Source of the DNA: an uncultured virus (IMG/VR IMGVR_UViG_3300012346_000469) | Taxonomy: Duplodnaviria > Heunggongvirae > Uroviricota > Caudoviricetes | IMG/VR virus record: IMGVR_UViG_3300012346_000469 | Strand: one strand, 5' to 3' | DNA: 20,000 nucleotides | In this document: positions 9,637 to 16,495 of the stretch, in pieces | How the letters are laid out: every line of letters begins with the position of its first letter | How positions within the stretch are numbered: the stretch's first letter is position 1 | Notes under the pieces: generated by a model | What the model was told of the DNA's origin: nothing | Databases searched by the model: none | The model's input: only the letters and a program-made list of their open reading frames with translations | Translations under genes and position numbers: made by a program

Positions 9637-9937
9637 TGCTTTTCCCCTTCACGTTTTGAGAAACAATCATTGGTGACAGCTGCTCTTCAAGGTAGTACGC
9701 AAAGCTCTGGCCTTCGATGCCAAGCACCTTGCACCACTGATCGTCATGCAGTGCGGCGATCACGTCGCGGATGGCCTTGTTGTAGCCGCCGTTGAACTCG
9801 TCGTCGCCGTCAACGATGATGGTGATGGCATCGCGCACCAGGGCCGAGGCCTTGCGGTTGCCGGCAGCCTCTTTCAGCTTGTTGTAAACGTGCTCTGGCA
9901 GATGCACGCTGTACGGGATTAAGCGCTTAGTTTCCAT
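9614..9937 (-). CDS. Ribbon-helix-helix-like DNA-binding protein
   Basis: N-terminus YSVHLPEHVYNKLKEAAG..SALVRDAI fits the RHH/CopG pattern. Confidence 0.6.
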   Translation of the reverse strand: METKRLIPYSVHLPEHVYNKLKEAAGNRKASALVRDAITIIVDGDDEFNGGYNKAIRDVIAALHDDQWCKVLGIEGQSFAYYLEEQLSPMIVSQNVKGKSNGKKTKG

Positions 9938-10338
9938 GCTTGGAACTCCTGTTCAATGGCTGCAAGTTTTTTCGCAGCCTTGTGGTTTTCTTTCAGCTCC
10001 GTGCGCGACTGGATGTCCAGCTCTGTACGCAGCCATTCAACGACCGTTGACTCTTTCGCATCAAGCGTGTGGCCAACGGTCAGCAGGTATTCGGCAAACT
10101 GTTTGTCGCGGCAAAGAATGCCTGCTGTGCGGACTGCATCTCTGCTGTATTCCGCATCACGATTCATTGGTTTTTCTTCGCCGTTCAGTCTCACCATAAC
10201 TACCTGATACCTTGCACCGACAAAGTCACGCAGCAGTGACTCTGGGACTTCGTCGGGGTGTACGTTCAAAGTCAAGATGTAGCCAGTCTTGTCTTGCTTC
10301 ATGGCTATCTTGACCGCTTCGTATTGCAGCGTCTGCAT
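9919..10338 (-). CDS. Hypothetical phage protein
   Basis: 139-aa ORF starting 2 nt after the ssb stop, in the operon orientation. Confidence 0.75.
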   Translation of the reverse strand: MQTLQYEAVKIAMKQDKTGYILTLNVHPDEVPESLLRDFVGARYQVVMVRLNGEEKPMNRDAEYSRDAVRTAGILCRDKQFAEYLLTVGHTLDAKESTVVEWLRTELDIQSRTELKENHKAAKKLAAIEQEFQAWKLSA

Positions 10339-10340
10339 GA

Positions 10341-10733
10341 TCAGAAGGGGATGTCGTCATCCATGTCGTCAAACGATTCCTGCTGCTTCTTGGGCGCTGG
10401 GCGCTGGCGCTCTTGTTGAGGCTCAGCATCCTTGCGACCACCTTGCAACGCAACGTCGTTCACACGCACATCCATGGACTTGCGCTTGTTGCCTTCTTTG
10501 TCAGTCCACTCGCGCTCGGACACGGTGCCTGTCACAGTGACAGCCTGGCCTTTGACAAGGTACTGGGACAGCGACTCTGCGCGCTTGCCGTACAGGCCGC
10601 AGTTCCACCAGATGGTGCCTTTGTCGCGGCCCATTGAATCGGCAACAGAGAAGTTGCAGATGTAGTCGCCGCTGTTGAGCTGCTTGAGCTCAGAGTCTTT
10701 GCCGAGCGTACCGGCGATAGTGATCGTATTAAT
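10341..10733 (-). CDS. ssb: Single-stranded DNA-binding protein, probable non-canonical ATT start
   Basis: (I/M)NTITIAGTLGKDSELK..NFSVA..YLVKGQAVTVTG..WTDKEG..DDMDDDIPF. SD AAGGAG (10741-10746) lies 7 nt before ATT at 10733. No in-frame ATG/GTG/TTG between ATT and the upstream stop at 10794-10796. Confidence 0.9.
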   Translation of the reverse strand: MNTITIAGTLGKDSELKQLNSGDYICNFSVADSMGRDKGTIWWNCGLYGKRAESLSQYLVKGQAVTVTGTVSEREWTDKEGNKRKSMDVRVNDVALQGGRKDAEPQQERQRPAPKKQQESFDDMDDDIPF

Positions 10734-11358
10734 TTTGATTCTCCTTAAAAATTGAAAGTGCTTTTTCGAGCGGCCATTCTTGCAATCGTTGTATCAATGT
10801 TGAGACGCTGACGCCAAGATGCTTTGACCAGTCGGTTAAGCACATTTCCAGGCCGTTGAATTCCAAATATCTGTTGTTGCGTTTGTTTCTTGATTGCTTG
10901 TAATCGTTTGCCCATCTGCAATTTTCTTTGCAGTAATCTCCATGTACATCAATTCTGTCTATCGACTTCATTCCGTCTGGTTTTTTGCCCATGTCCTCAA
11001 AAAAAGCCTCAAAAGAATCCATCCACCTTTGGCACATTTTTATTCCACGACCTCCATAATCAGGAAAGTCTTTGTGGTTTGGGTTGGTGCATCTTGCTTT
11101 GATGTGCGCCCATGACCTGTACTCTGTGGTTTTTGTCATCCCATGCTTACGATTTGAGTTGCCCTCTTTTTTTATGCATCCGCAAGACTTCGAGCCCCCA
11201 GAACGCAAGGCATTTAGCCTTACGTCTGTTTGCACTCCGCAATCACAAATGCAAGCCCACAAAACATGTTTTCTGCTTGGGCAGATTTCATGTCCATTGG
11301 GGTAAAGGGCGGTGAGTTTGCCAAACTTCATTCCAGCGATGTTGAGTTTTGCTACCAT
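10729..11358 (-). CDS. HNH-type homing endonuclease-like protein
   Basis: KFGKLT..WACICDCG..SKSCGC..KHGM..YGGRGIKMCQRW..SIDRID..YCKENCRWA..RNKRNN. Visibly more AT-rich than its flanks. Confidence 0.85.
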   Translation of the reverse strand: MVAKLNIAGMKFGKLTALYPNGHEICPSRKHVLWACICDCGVQTDVRLNALRSGGSKSCGCIKKEGNSNRKHGMTKTTEYRSWAHIKARCTNPNHKDFPDYGGRGIKMCQRWMDSFEAFFEDMGKKPDGMKSIDRIDVHGDYCKENCRWANDYKQSRNKRNNRYLEFNGLEMCLTDWSKHLGVSVSTLIQRLQEWPLEKALSIFKENQN

Positions 11359-11389
11359 GATAGATTATGAACAAGTTGTTCATGCAATA

Positions 11390-11413
11390 TTAGCATACTG
11401 TGATGACGTTCAT
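11390..11413 (-). pseudogene. Orphaned original 5' end of ssb (MNVITVC*)
   Basis: ATGA-coupled to the erf stop with SD AAGGAG (11419-11424). MNVITV parallels INTITI at the present ssb start. Confidence 0.7.
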
Positions 11414-12123
11414 GCTTGCTCCTTGAATTTGTTGCGTGCTGTTTTGAATTCTTCCATGAGGGCGTCGTAAGCAGAGCTGCCTGGCTCCGCCTTCATGCGG
11501 TCGTAGATGTTTTTGTTGTTGCGGAAGATGGCCATCACATCAGCTTCTGTGGCGGCTTGCTCGAGCCCCAGCTTGGTTGCCTCCATTACGATGTCTGCCC
11601 AGTCCGTGAACTCACCTTCTGGCTCAATCGAAACCTTCAGCTGCCATGGTCCTTCTTTGCCTTCAATCTTGGCTGGCGGCTTGGCTGATGGCTCGGCCTG
11701 CTTCACTGGCTTGGATGCCGAACGCGGTGCTGGCTTGACTGGCTCTTCGTAACCGGTGCTGGCGTCCAGGATGTCGTGCTCAACAATCTCCATGGCGGTC
11801 ATCCACAGGTAGCGGCGCTGGTAGGTTTCCACGGCACCCAGGTTCTGGATGGGGTGCGTGCCCTTCAGGTTTGCTTCGGCCATGGGGCTGCTGATCGTGA
11901 TCATGGTGCCGTCTTCGACATCGGTGATGGCGAGCTCAGCATAGTCCTTTGTGTACGAGACAACGCCGCACAAACCGATCCGGTTGAAGATCGATTGGAT
12001 GACGGGCAGGAAGTCGCCCAGCTCGAAATAGCTGTAGCCTGCGAACTTGTTCAGTCCAGACTTTTTCAGCTGCGTGCCCTGCAATTCAATGCGGGCTTCC
12101 ATCAGTTTTTTATGAACGCTCAT
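11410..12123 (-). CDS. erf: ERF-family single-strand annealing recombinase
   Basis: KKSGLNKFAGYSYFELGDFLP..IQNLGAVETYQRRYLW..DILDA signature. Confidence 0.85.
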   Translation of the reverse strand: MSVHKKLMEARIELQGTQLKKSGLNKFAGYSYFELGDFLPVIQSIFNRIGLCGVVSYTKDYAELAITDVEDGTMITISSPMAEANLKGTHPIQNLGAVETYQRRYLWMTAMEIVEHDILDASTGYEEPVKPAPRSASKPVKQAEPSAKPPAKIEGKEGPWQLKVSIEPEGEFTDWADIVMEATKLGLEQAATEADVMAIFRNNKNIYDRMKAEPGSSAYDALMEEFKTARNKFKEQA

Positions 12124-12320
12124 TTTGCGATTCCTTCATCACGGTTCTTTTTGAAATCGTAGTCGTTACGATATTCGGTTGGGGGTGTCCAGCCATGCTT
12201 GCGCCATGTTTGCTGGACGTTGGAGCCTTTCTTGAAAACAAAAAAGGGATCATCCAATGATGGCACCTTTGGGGTCGACGCCACTTCAACGATTGCAAAT
12301 TTTGCTTCACGCTTTTTCAT
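12120..12320 (-). CDS. Hypothetical protein (66 aa)
   Basis: MKKREAK..QQTWRKHGWTPP. ATGA overlap with the erf start. Start chosen at ATG 12320. Confidence 0.6.
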   Translation of the reverse strand: MKKREAKFAIVEVASTPKVPSLDDPFFVFKKGSNVQQTWRKHGWTPPTEYRNDYDFKKNRDEGIAK

Positions 12321-12696
12321 CTGGCACCTCGTCAGTGATTCGTAAAACTTCAATTGTCTTGCCGTCTTTACCATGGCACGTTGTGTAGGTTTTCCTTCCC
12401 CAGACGGTGGAAAGATAGCTGCACACACCAGAGCGAATATCTTCCGCTTCGTAGTCACCAATTTTGACGATCTGCACAGAGCCAACAGCGGCCTTCAGGT
12501 CAATCTGCGAGCCGTAAAACTCACGCAGCTCGCCATACGGAAATCTGTTTGGAGCCCTGCGCTTTCTTTGCTTTGGAGTGACCACTTCAAGTTCTCCGTA
12601 TTCGTTGCCGTCTGGGTCGATGATCTTGAACTTGCAGCCAATGCCTTCAATGAATTTGATGGAGCGGGTCAACTCCTTCAGTTGAATTTCTTTCAT
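12307..12696 (-). CDS. Hypothetical protein (129 aa), putative sRNA target
   Basis: Strong SD in AAAGGAGAAACACC before ATG at 12696 (MKEIQLKEL...). Confidence 0.75.
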   Translation of the reverse strand: MKEIQLKELTRSIKFIEGIGCKFKIIDPDGNEYGELEVVTPKQRKRRAPNRFPYGELREFYGSQIDLKAAVGSVQIVKIGDYEAEDIRSGVCSYLSTVWGRKTYTTCHGKDGKTIEVLRITDEVPDEKA

Positions 12697-12713
12697 GGTG
12701 TTTCTCCTTTGGT

Positions 12714-12881
12714 TTAGAACCAACCGAACCAGATTCCGGTTCCGTGAATCCATGCGATTGGGAACACAATGGCTCCGGCAATCAAGAATCCCCACGAAGC
12801 CGTTTTCAGGCATACAACGATGTGCGTGATCCATGAAAAGATCACCCAGATGGCCAGGCCAATTGGAATTAAGCCGTTCAT
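12714..12881 (-). CDS. Small two-TM membrane protein (55 aa, not in ORF track)
   Basis: MNGLIPIGLAIWVIFSWITHIVVCLKTASWGFLIAGAIVFPIAWIHGTGIWFGWF. ATGA overlap with the upstream gene. Confidence 0.75.
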   Translation of the reverse strand: MNGLIPIGLAIWVIFSWITHIVVCLKTASWGFLIAGAIVFPIAWIHGTGIWFGWF

Positions 12882-13087
12882 ACTTCCATCTCCCCTTGGT
12901 TTGTTTCGCCATAGGTTTCCACCTTGGTGCCATTGCTCAGTGCTTCGACCAGATCATCTTGCGATGCGACCTTGACGCTGAATGCAGACTTGGCCACATG
13001 GGTGATGGCTTGTGATGCGACAGAGGCTTTTACGAGGCGGCTGCCTGTTGGGCCGTTGACGAGATAGATGCGTGTTGCTGTTGCCAT
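12878..13087 (-). CDS. Hypothetical protein (69 aa)
   Basis: MATATRIYLV..RLVKASVASQAITHVA..VASQDDLV. SD AAGGA upstream. Confidence 0.7.
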   Translation of the reverse strand: MATATRIYLVNGPTGSRLVKASVASQAITHVAKSAFSVKVASQDDLVEALSNGTKVETYGETNQGEMEV

Positions 13088-13097
13088 GATGATTTCC

Positions 13098-13901
13098 TTA
13101 TTTAACGTGGATGAAAGGGGTGACGCCACCGGCGTTGGTAGTCGGCAATTTGCCGTCCCATTTTTCGATGGCTTTGAGTTGGACGTAGTCGGAACCGCCT
13201 TGTGCAGAAATCGCTGAAGCACGCAGTCGAATGGCGTCGGCTTCACCTTGCGCTTCAACTCGTTTTCGATCGGCTTCTGCTCGGGCAAGCTCAACTTCTT
13301 TTTGCTTGGCTGAGATTTGAAAGTTTCGGTTTGCCGATTCCTTGATTGCCTGCTCAAGTGCTGGGTCGGTTACAAGGTTGCGGACGTTGGCGCTGCGAAC
13401 AAAGAACATACCCTTGCCAGCGGATTCATCGAGGTCGGCTTGCAAAGACTTCACGATGTCCGCAGAGATGCTCACGCGCTCGGTGTGTACGGTTTCAGAA
13501 CCATACTTGGCGACTGCGTTGTAAACGGCTTCACGGGCCTGGCGTGTGACGTAGCCATTGCCAATCCGCACACCGTCTTCGCCCTTGAACTCAACGGCAT
13601 CGCCTGGCCATTTGGTCATGATCTCTGGAGCCTTGGATGGATCGATTTGGTAAAAGATGTCCACGTCCAGGTCGGCCAGCGTGATCTTGTCTTTGGTCTG
13701 GGGCTTCATGTCATCAAGCGACAGGCGTAGCTCTTTGGCGGACACTTCGGTCACGCGCTTGAACAGGCTGAAGTACACGCCTGGCGGCATGGTTTCTTTT
13801 TTGACCTGGCCCAGTGTTGCCTCAACGCCGACGTTGCCGGTATCGATCTGGGTACATGCAGTCAACGATGCGACTGCAATTGCTGAAATGATTCTTTTCA
13901 T
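13098..13901 (-). CDS. SPFH/band-7 (prohibitin-like) lipoprotein
   Basis: Signal peptide with lipobox LTAC. IDTGNVGV..AEADRKRVEAQGEADA..AIEKWDGKLP is typical of phage SPFH proteins. Confidence 0.85.
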   Translation of the reverse strand: MKRIISAIAVASLTACTQIDTGNVGVEATLGQVKKETMPPGVYFSLFKRVTEVSAKELRLSLDDMKPQTKDKITLADLDVDIFYQIDPSKAPEIMTKWPGDAVEFKGEDGVRIGNGYVTRQAREAVYNAVAKYGSETVHTERVSISADIVKSLQADLDESAGKGMFFVRSANVRNLVTDPALEQAIKESANRNFQISAKQKEVELARAEADRKRVEAQGEADAIRLRASAISAQGGSDYVQLKAIEKWDGKLPTTNAGGVTPFIHVK

Positions 13902-13905
13902 GGTT

Positions 13906-14097
13906 TTACAAAAGTTGGGTTGATGGAACATTGGCGGCAACCACTACGAGTAGAAGCAAGATGCCGATGAAAAAGCCAATCCGGAAAGCGTGCTGTGTGA
14001 TGGACTTGATGGCCACCCTTCTTGCCTTTGGATCAGCCAAAGTCCAGACTGCGTAAACAGCCACGACTAAGACAACGAGTAAAAGCAAGTGCCTCAT
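13906..14097 (-). CDS. Small two-TM membrane protein (63 aa)
   Basis: Two hydrophobic segments separated by a basic loop. ATGA coupling. Confidence 0.7.
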   Translation of the reverse strand: MRHLLLLVVLVVAVYAVWTLADPKARRVAIKSITQHAFRIGFFIGILLLLVVVAANVPSTQLL

Positions 14098-14321
14098 GAC
14101 CAGGTGACAGCTTTTACTGCCCACATCTGGGCGGTCTGGGCTTCCGTGATTGCAATGCTCAGCATGCGCTTTGCTTCGGGTGATGCGTCGCTCAACAGGC
14201 GGTGCTCATTCAGAAGGTCAACGACTTCAGCAAACTTGCGCTTGATGAGGTCAACGTCTTCGCGTCCGCCTGGGTTAAAGCTAACGCCGCAGGCCTTTTG
14301 GCCAAATGTCAATTCATTCAT
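14094..14321 (-). CDS. Acb2/Tad1-like helical-hairpin protein (candidate nucleotide-signal sponge)
   Basis: SFNPGG..IKRKFAEVVDLL..RMLSIAITEAQTAQMWAVKAVT resembles the Acb2/Tad1 hairpin pattern. Confidence 0.6.
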   Translation of the reverse strand: MNELTFGQKACGVSFNPGGREDVDLIKRKFAEVVDLLNEHRLLSDASPEAKRMLSIAITEAQTAQMWAVKAVTWS

Positions 14322-15217
14322 GGTGCTTCCTTGGTTTTGAGATAGGCTTGGTATTGCGTGCAGAACGGTGCCACTTGGCAAAAGCCAGAGCAGCGCGTCC
14401 GATCGCCTTCCCTTACCTCGATTGAAAAGCTCTCACCTTTCTTGGCCTTGGCCACAGATTCAGCAAGAGCAGCTTCGGCATTGGCGCGCACTTCATGCAC
14501 GCTCTTTGCGCGAACGTTGCCGTCTTTTTTGACGGCGTAATAGGTTGGCTTTTCCCACATCTCTTCAGCCGTGCATTCAGGCATTTCACCGCCGGCATGG
14601 ACTGCGAAGTAGGCATCGTTGTGCAGCGACAGACGGCCCTCGACGTAGGCCTGACGCTTCTCAAAAGTCCACAGAGGGATGTCAATGACATGGATGGGTG
14701 ACTTGGGGTAGCCTTCCTTTGTCAGTGCATCACGGCGCGACCAGTCACGCACGATGGCCACGATGTTCAAAGCCTTGATCGGCACGCCTTTTTTACGCTC
14801 TATCAGCCAGGCGTAGACGTTCAGCTGGTTGTGCCAATCATCTTTCTCGTTCATCACGGCCCATGCGCCAGTGACTTTGTAATCGCTGATGATCACGCCG
14901 TCTTCATAGACCTCTTGCAGGTCGATGGCGCCGCTGATGCGCCAGCCGTGGTGCTCGGTAAAGATGCGCTCTTCAACGATGTGGTGATCGCTCTTGCCGT
15001 GCTGCAAGATTTCGTGGACGGCCGAGCCAAACAGTGACCAGACCATCTCGCTTGCGTCTTGCTCGAGCTCATCCCAGTGCTTGGCCTTGAGCTGCACGAT
15101 GCGCGGGCTGTTCAGGATTTCCGTGGCAGAAATCTGTGAGTCGCCTTTGGTGTAGGTGGGCCGCTTGATCACGTTGATGAACGTGTCGGGCAGCTCAAAC
15201 TTGTTGGTCAGCTTCAC
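14318..15217 (-). CDS. PD-(D/E)XK (Cas4-like) phage exonuclease
   Basis: GTG start with SD AAGGAG. GSAVHEIL, ISGAIDL, SDYKVT, QLNVY and C-terminal RCSGFCQVAPFC motifs. Confidence 0.85.
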   Translation of the reverse strand: MKLTNKFELPDTFINVIKRPTYTKGDSQISATEILNSPRIVQLKAKHWDELEQDASEMVWSLFGSAVHEILQHGKSDHHIVEERIFTEHHGWRISGAIDLQEVYEDGVIISDYKVTGAWAVMNEKDDWHNQLNVYAWLIERKKGVPIKALNIVAIVRDWSRRDALTKEGYPKSPIHVIDIPLWTFEKRQAYVEGRLSLHNDAYFAVHAGGEMPECTAEEMWEKPTYYAVKKDGNVRAKSVHEVRANAEAALAESVAKAKKGESFSIEVREGDRTRCSGFCQVAPFCTQYQAYLKTKEAP

Positions 15218-15465
15218 TGCATCTTCTCCTTGCTCAGGTGAATCGTGTGCTTGTGAATCTCCATGAAGATACCGATGATGTCGTGCATCGTCATGTCGGC
15301 AGACAGGCCAAGCGTTGACAAAATGATGCAAGCCGCTGCAATGGCCTCGCGCGGGTTTCCATCTGAATCTTCCAAAATTCCGGCGCCGTGTTTATTGGCG
15401 ATCTGGGCAGCATGCTTTAGGATGAGCATGCCCGCTTCGCGCTGCTCTGGGGTGAGTTCTTTCAT
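15214..15465 (-). CDS. Hypothetical protein, first gene of the leftward operon
   Basis: GTGA overlap with the exonuclease gene. Follows the predicted promoter. Confidence 0.7.
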   Translation of the reverse strand: MKELTPEQREAGMLILKHAAQIANKHGAGILEDSDGNPREAIAAACIILSTLGLSADMTMHDIIGIFMEIHKHTIHLSKEKMQ

Positions 15466-15495
15466 GTGTTGATCCTAACTGTTGGGTGGGACTCT

Positions 15496-15537
15496 AATGT
15501 AACAGGTATAAACCAACAACACAACACCTGCTACGAT
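15496..15537. promoter_or_regulatory. Divergent sigma70-like promoters
   Basis: Leftward TTGTGT (15524-15519), 17 nt, TACATT (15501-15496) with extended TG. Rightward extended -10 TGcTACGAT (15529-15537). CAGGT/ACCTG inverted repeat overlaps both. Confidence 0.5.
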
Positions 15538-15570
15538 GAATGCAATATATTTTTTTCATAGGTGTTTTCC

Positions 15571-15855
15571 ATGAGAAGAGCAGCCAGGCGTGACACCAAC
15601 GAGCCAGAGATCATCAAGGCCATGCGCGACATGGGCGCCTACGTCAAGGTCATCAACGACGAGGGCTTGTTCGACCTGCTGGTGAGCTTCCGCGGGGAGA
15701 CGCTGCTGATCGAGGTCAAGGACGGGGCCAAGCCGCCATCGGCCAGACGGCTCACGGACGCAGAGCAGAAGTTCCACGACGAATGGCCAGGATCAGACCT
15801 GTACATCGTCAACAGTGTTGAAGAGGCTGTTGCTCTGTTGAAAACTTGCGGTTAA
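15571..15855 (+). CDS. VRR-NUC-like PD-(D/E)XK nuclease, possible resolvase
   Basis: RRAARRDTNEPEI..DLLV..LIEVKDG..LTDAEQKFH..W. Confidence 0.8.
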   Translation: MRRAARRDTNEPEIIKAMRDMGAYVKVINDEGLFDLLVSFRGETLLIEVKDGAKPPSARRLTDAEQKFHDEWPGSDLYIVNSVEEAVALLKTCG

Positions 15856-15858
15856 GAT
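15830..15858 (+). promoter_or_regulatory. sigma70-like promoter for the candidate sRNA
   Basis: TTGCTC (15830-15835), 17 nt, TAAGAT (15853-15858). Confidence 0.6.
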
Positions 15859-15863
15859 TGAGG

Positions 15864-15949
15864 CGCGGCATAGGGGTATGTCGTGTTTCATGAGTGTTTC
15901 TCCTTTAGGTTGGGATTGCCCCTCTGCTTAGCGGCAGAGGGGTTTTCTT
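15864..15949 (+). ncRNA. Candidate trans-acting anti-RBS small RNA (~85 nt)
   Basis: 5' hairpin 15864-15885, unpaired anti-SD/anti-AUG seed 15886-15911, intrinsic terminator. Seed is complementary to the mRNA at 12691-12714. Confidence 0.65.
15919..15949 (+). terminator. Rho-independent terminator
   Basis: CCCCTCTGC-ttagcg-GCAGAGGGG followed by TTTTCTT. Confidence 0.8.
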
Positions 15950-15956
15950 CTGAAGG

Positions 15957-16201
15957 GCCAACACGCATGAGCCTTTCTGCGGAGCTCTCAAGCCGGCTCT
16001 TGGGCGCAGTGATGCAGACGGGTTCAGTCGTGTTGGCAAGAGTCGGCCGAAAGGCAAACAGTTTTGGTCTGTTGACTCACAGTGCGAGTCGAGAAGTCAA
16101 CCGGCATCTGGGGCCGTTCGCACACCAGAACCATCACTTTGCCCAGGGGTCGTTCCCCGCAGCGCGAAGTCCTGGAGTGGCCAGGTGGGCAAAGTGATGG
16201 T
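15957..16201 (+). ncRNA. Cluster of structured RNA elements upstream of the tRNAs
   Basis: Long hairpin 15957-16037, three-way junction 16040-16078, and a 16-bp perfect stem (16130-16145/16186-16201) enclosing two hairpins. Confidence 0.5.
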
Positions 16202-16254
16202 CAAGCGCAACACTTGCGTCGGACTGGGGGTTCTCGGTCGCCATCAATCATTGT

Positions 16255-16333
16255 CGCGGGATAGAGGAGCCCAGCCGTCCTCGCCAGTTTCATACGCTGG
16301 AGATCGCAGGTGCGAATCCTGCTCCCGCAACCA
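16255..16333 (+). tRNA. tRNA-fMet (CAT), atypical
   Basis: Acceptor CGCGGGA/TCCCGCA with C1:A72 mismatch, A11:U24 pair, loop TT-CAT-AC, encoded CCA. Confidence 0.85.
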
Positions 16334-16389
16334 ATTCATGTACAATCCGGCCCATCATGAAAACGTCTTTCCTTCCGCGACCGACCAAG

Positions 16390-16465
16390 CTGTGTGTAGC
16401 TCAGCTGGTAGAGCGCGCGCTTTGGGAGCGTGAGGTCGCAGGTTCGATCCCTGTCACACAGACCA
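16390..16465 (+). tRNA. tRNA-Pro (TGG)
   Basis: Acceptor CTGTGTG/CACACAG, loop TT-TGG-GA, GGTTCGATCC T-arm, CCA. Confidence 0.95.
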
Positions 16466-16495
16466 ATTTCACAACGACACGAAACTGATACCCAT

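Noticed and set aside
10341..10634. ORF-track ssb start at ATG 10634
   Set aside because: It would delete the first OB-fold strands (ITIAGTLGKD..NFSVA).
10729..11395. Group I intron or intein housing the HNH within ssb
   Set aside because: Only ~30 nt of non-coding flank, too little for a ribozyme core. The stub ends in a stop, and the downstream part has its own SD and duplicated N-terminus.
14318..15217. CRISPR-associated Cas4 or a CRISPR array
   Set aside because: No repeat-spacer array or other cas genes seen; the context is phage recombination.
15793..15906. Minus-strand mini-ORF with strong SD (ATG at 15891)
   Set aside because: It runs antisense into the VRR-NUC-like gene. The + strand promoter, hairpin and terminator explain the sequence better as an sRNA seed, though this is not fully excluded.
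16046..16078. c-di-GMP-I riboswitch (GGCAAAC and GAAA)
   Set aside because: Element order is wrong and there is no GCAAAGC or tetraloop-receptor half.
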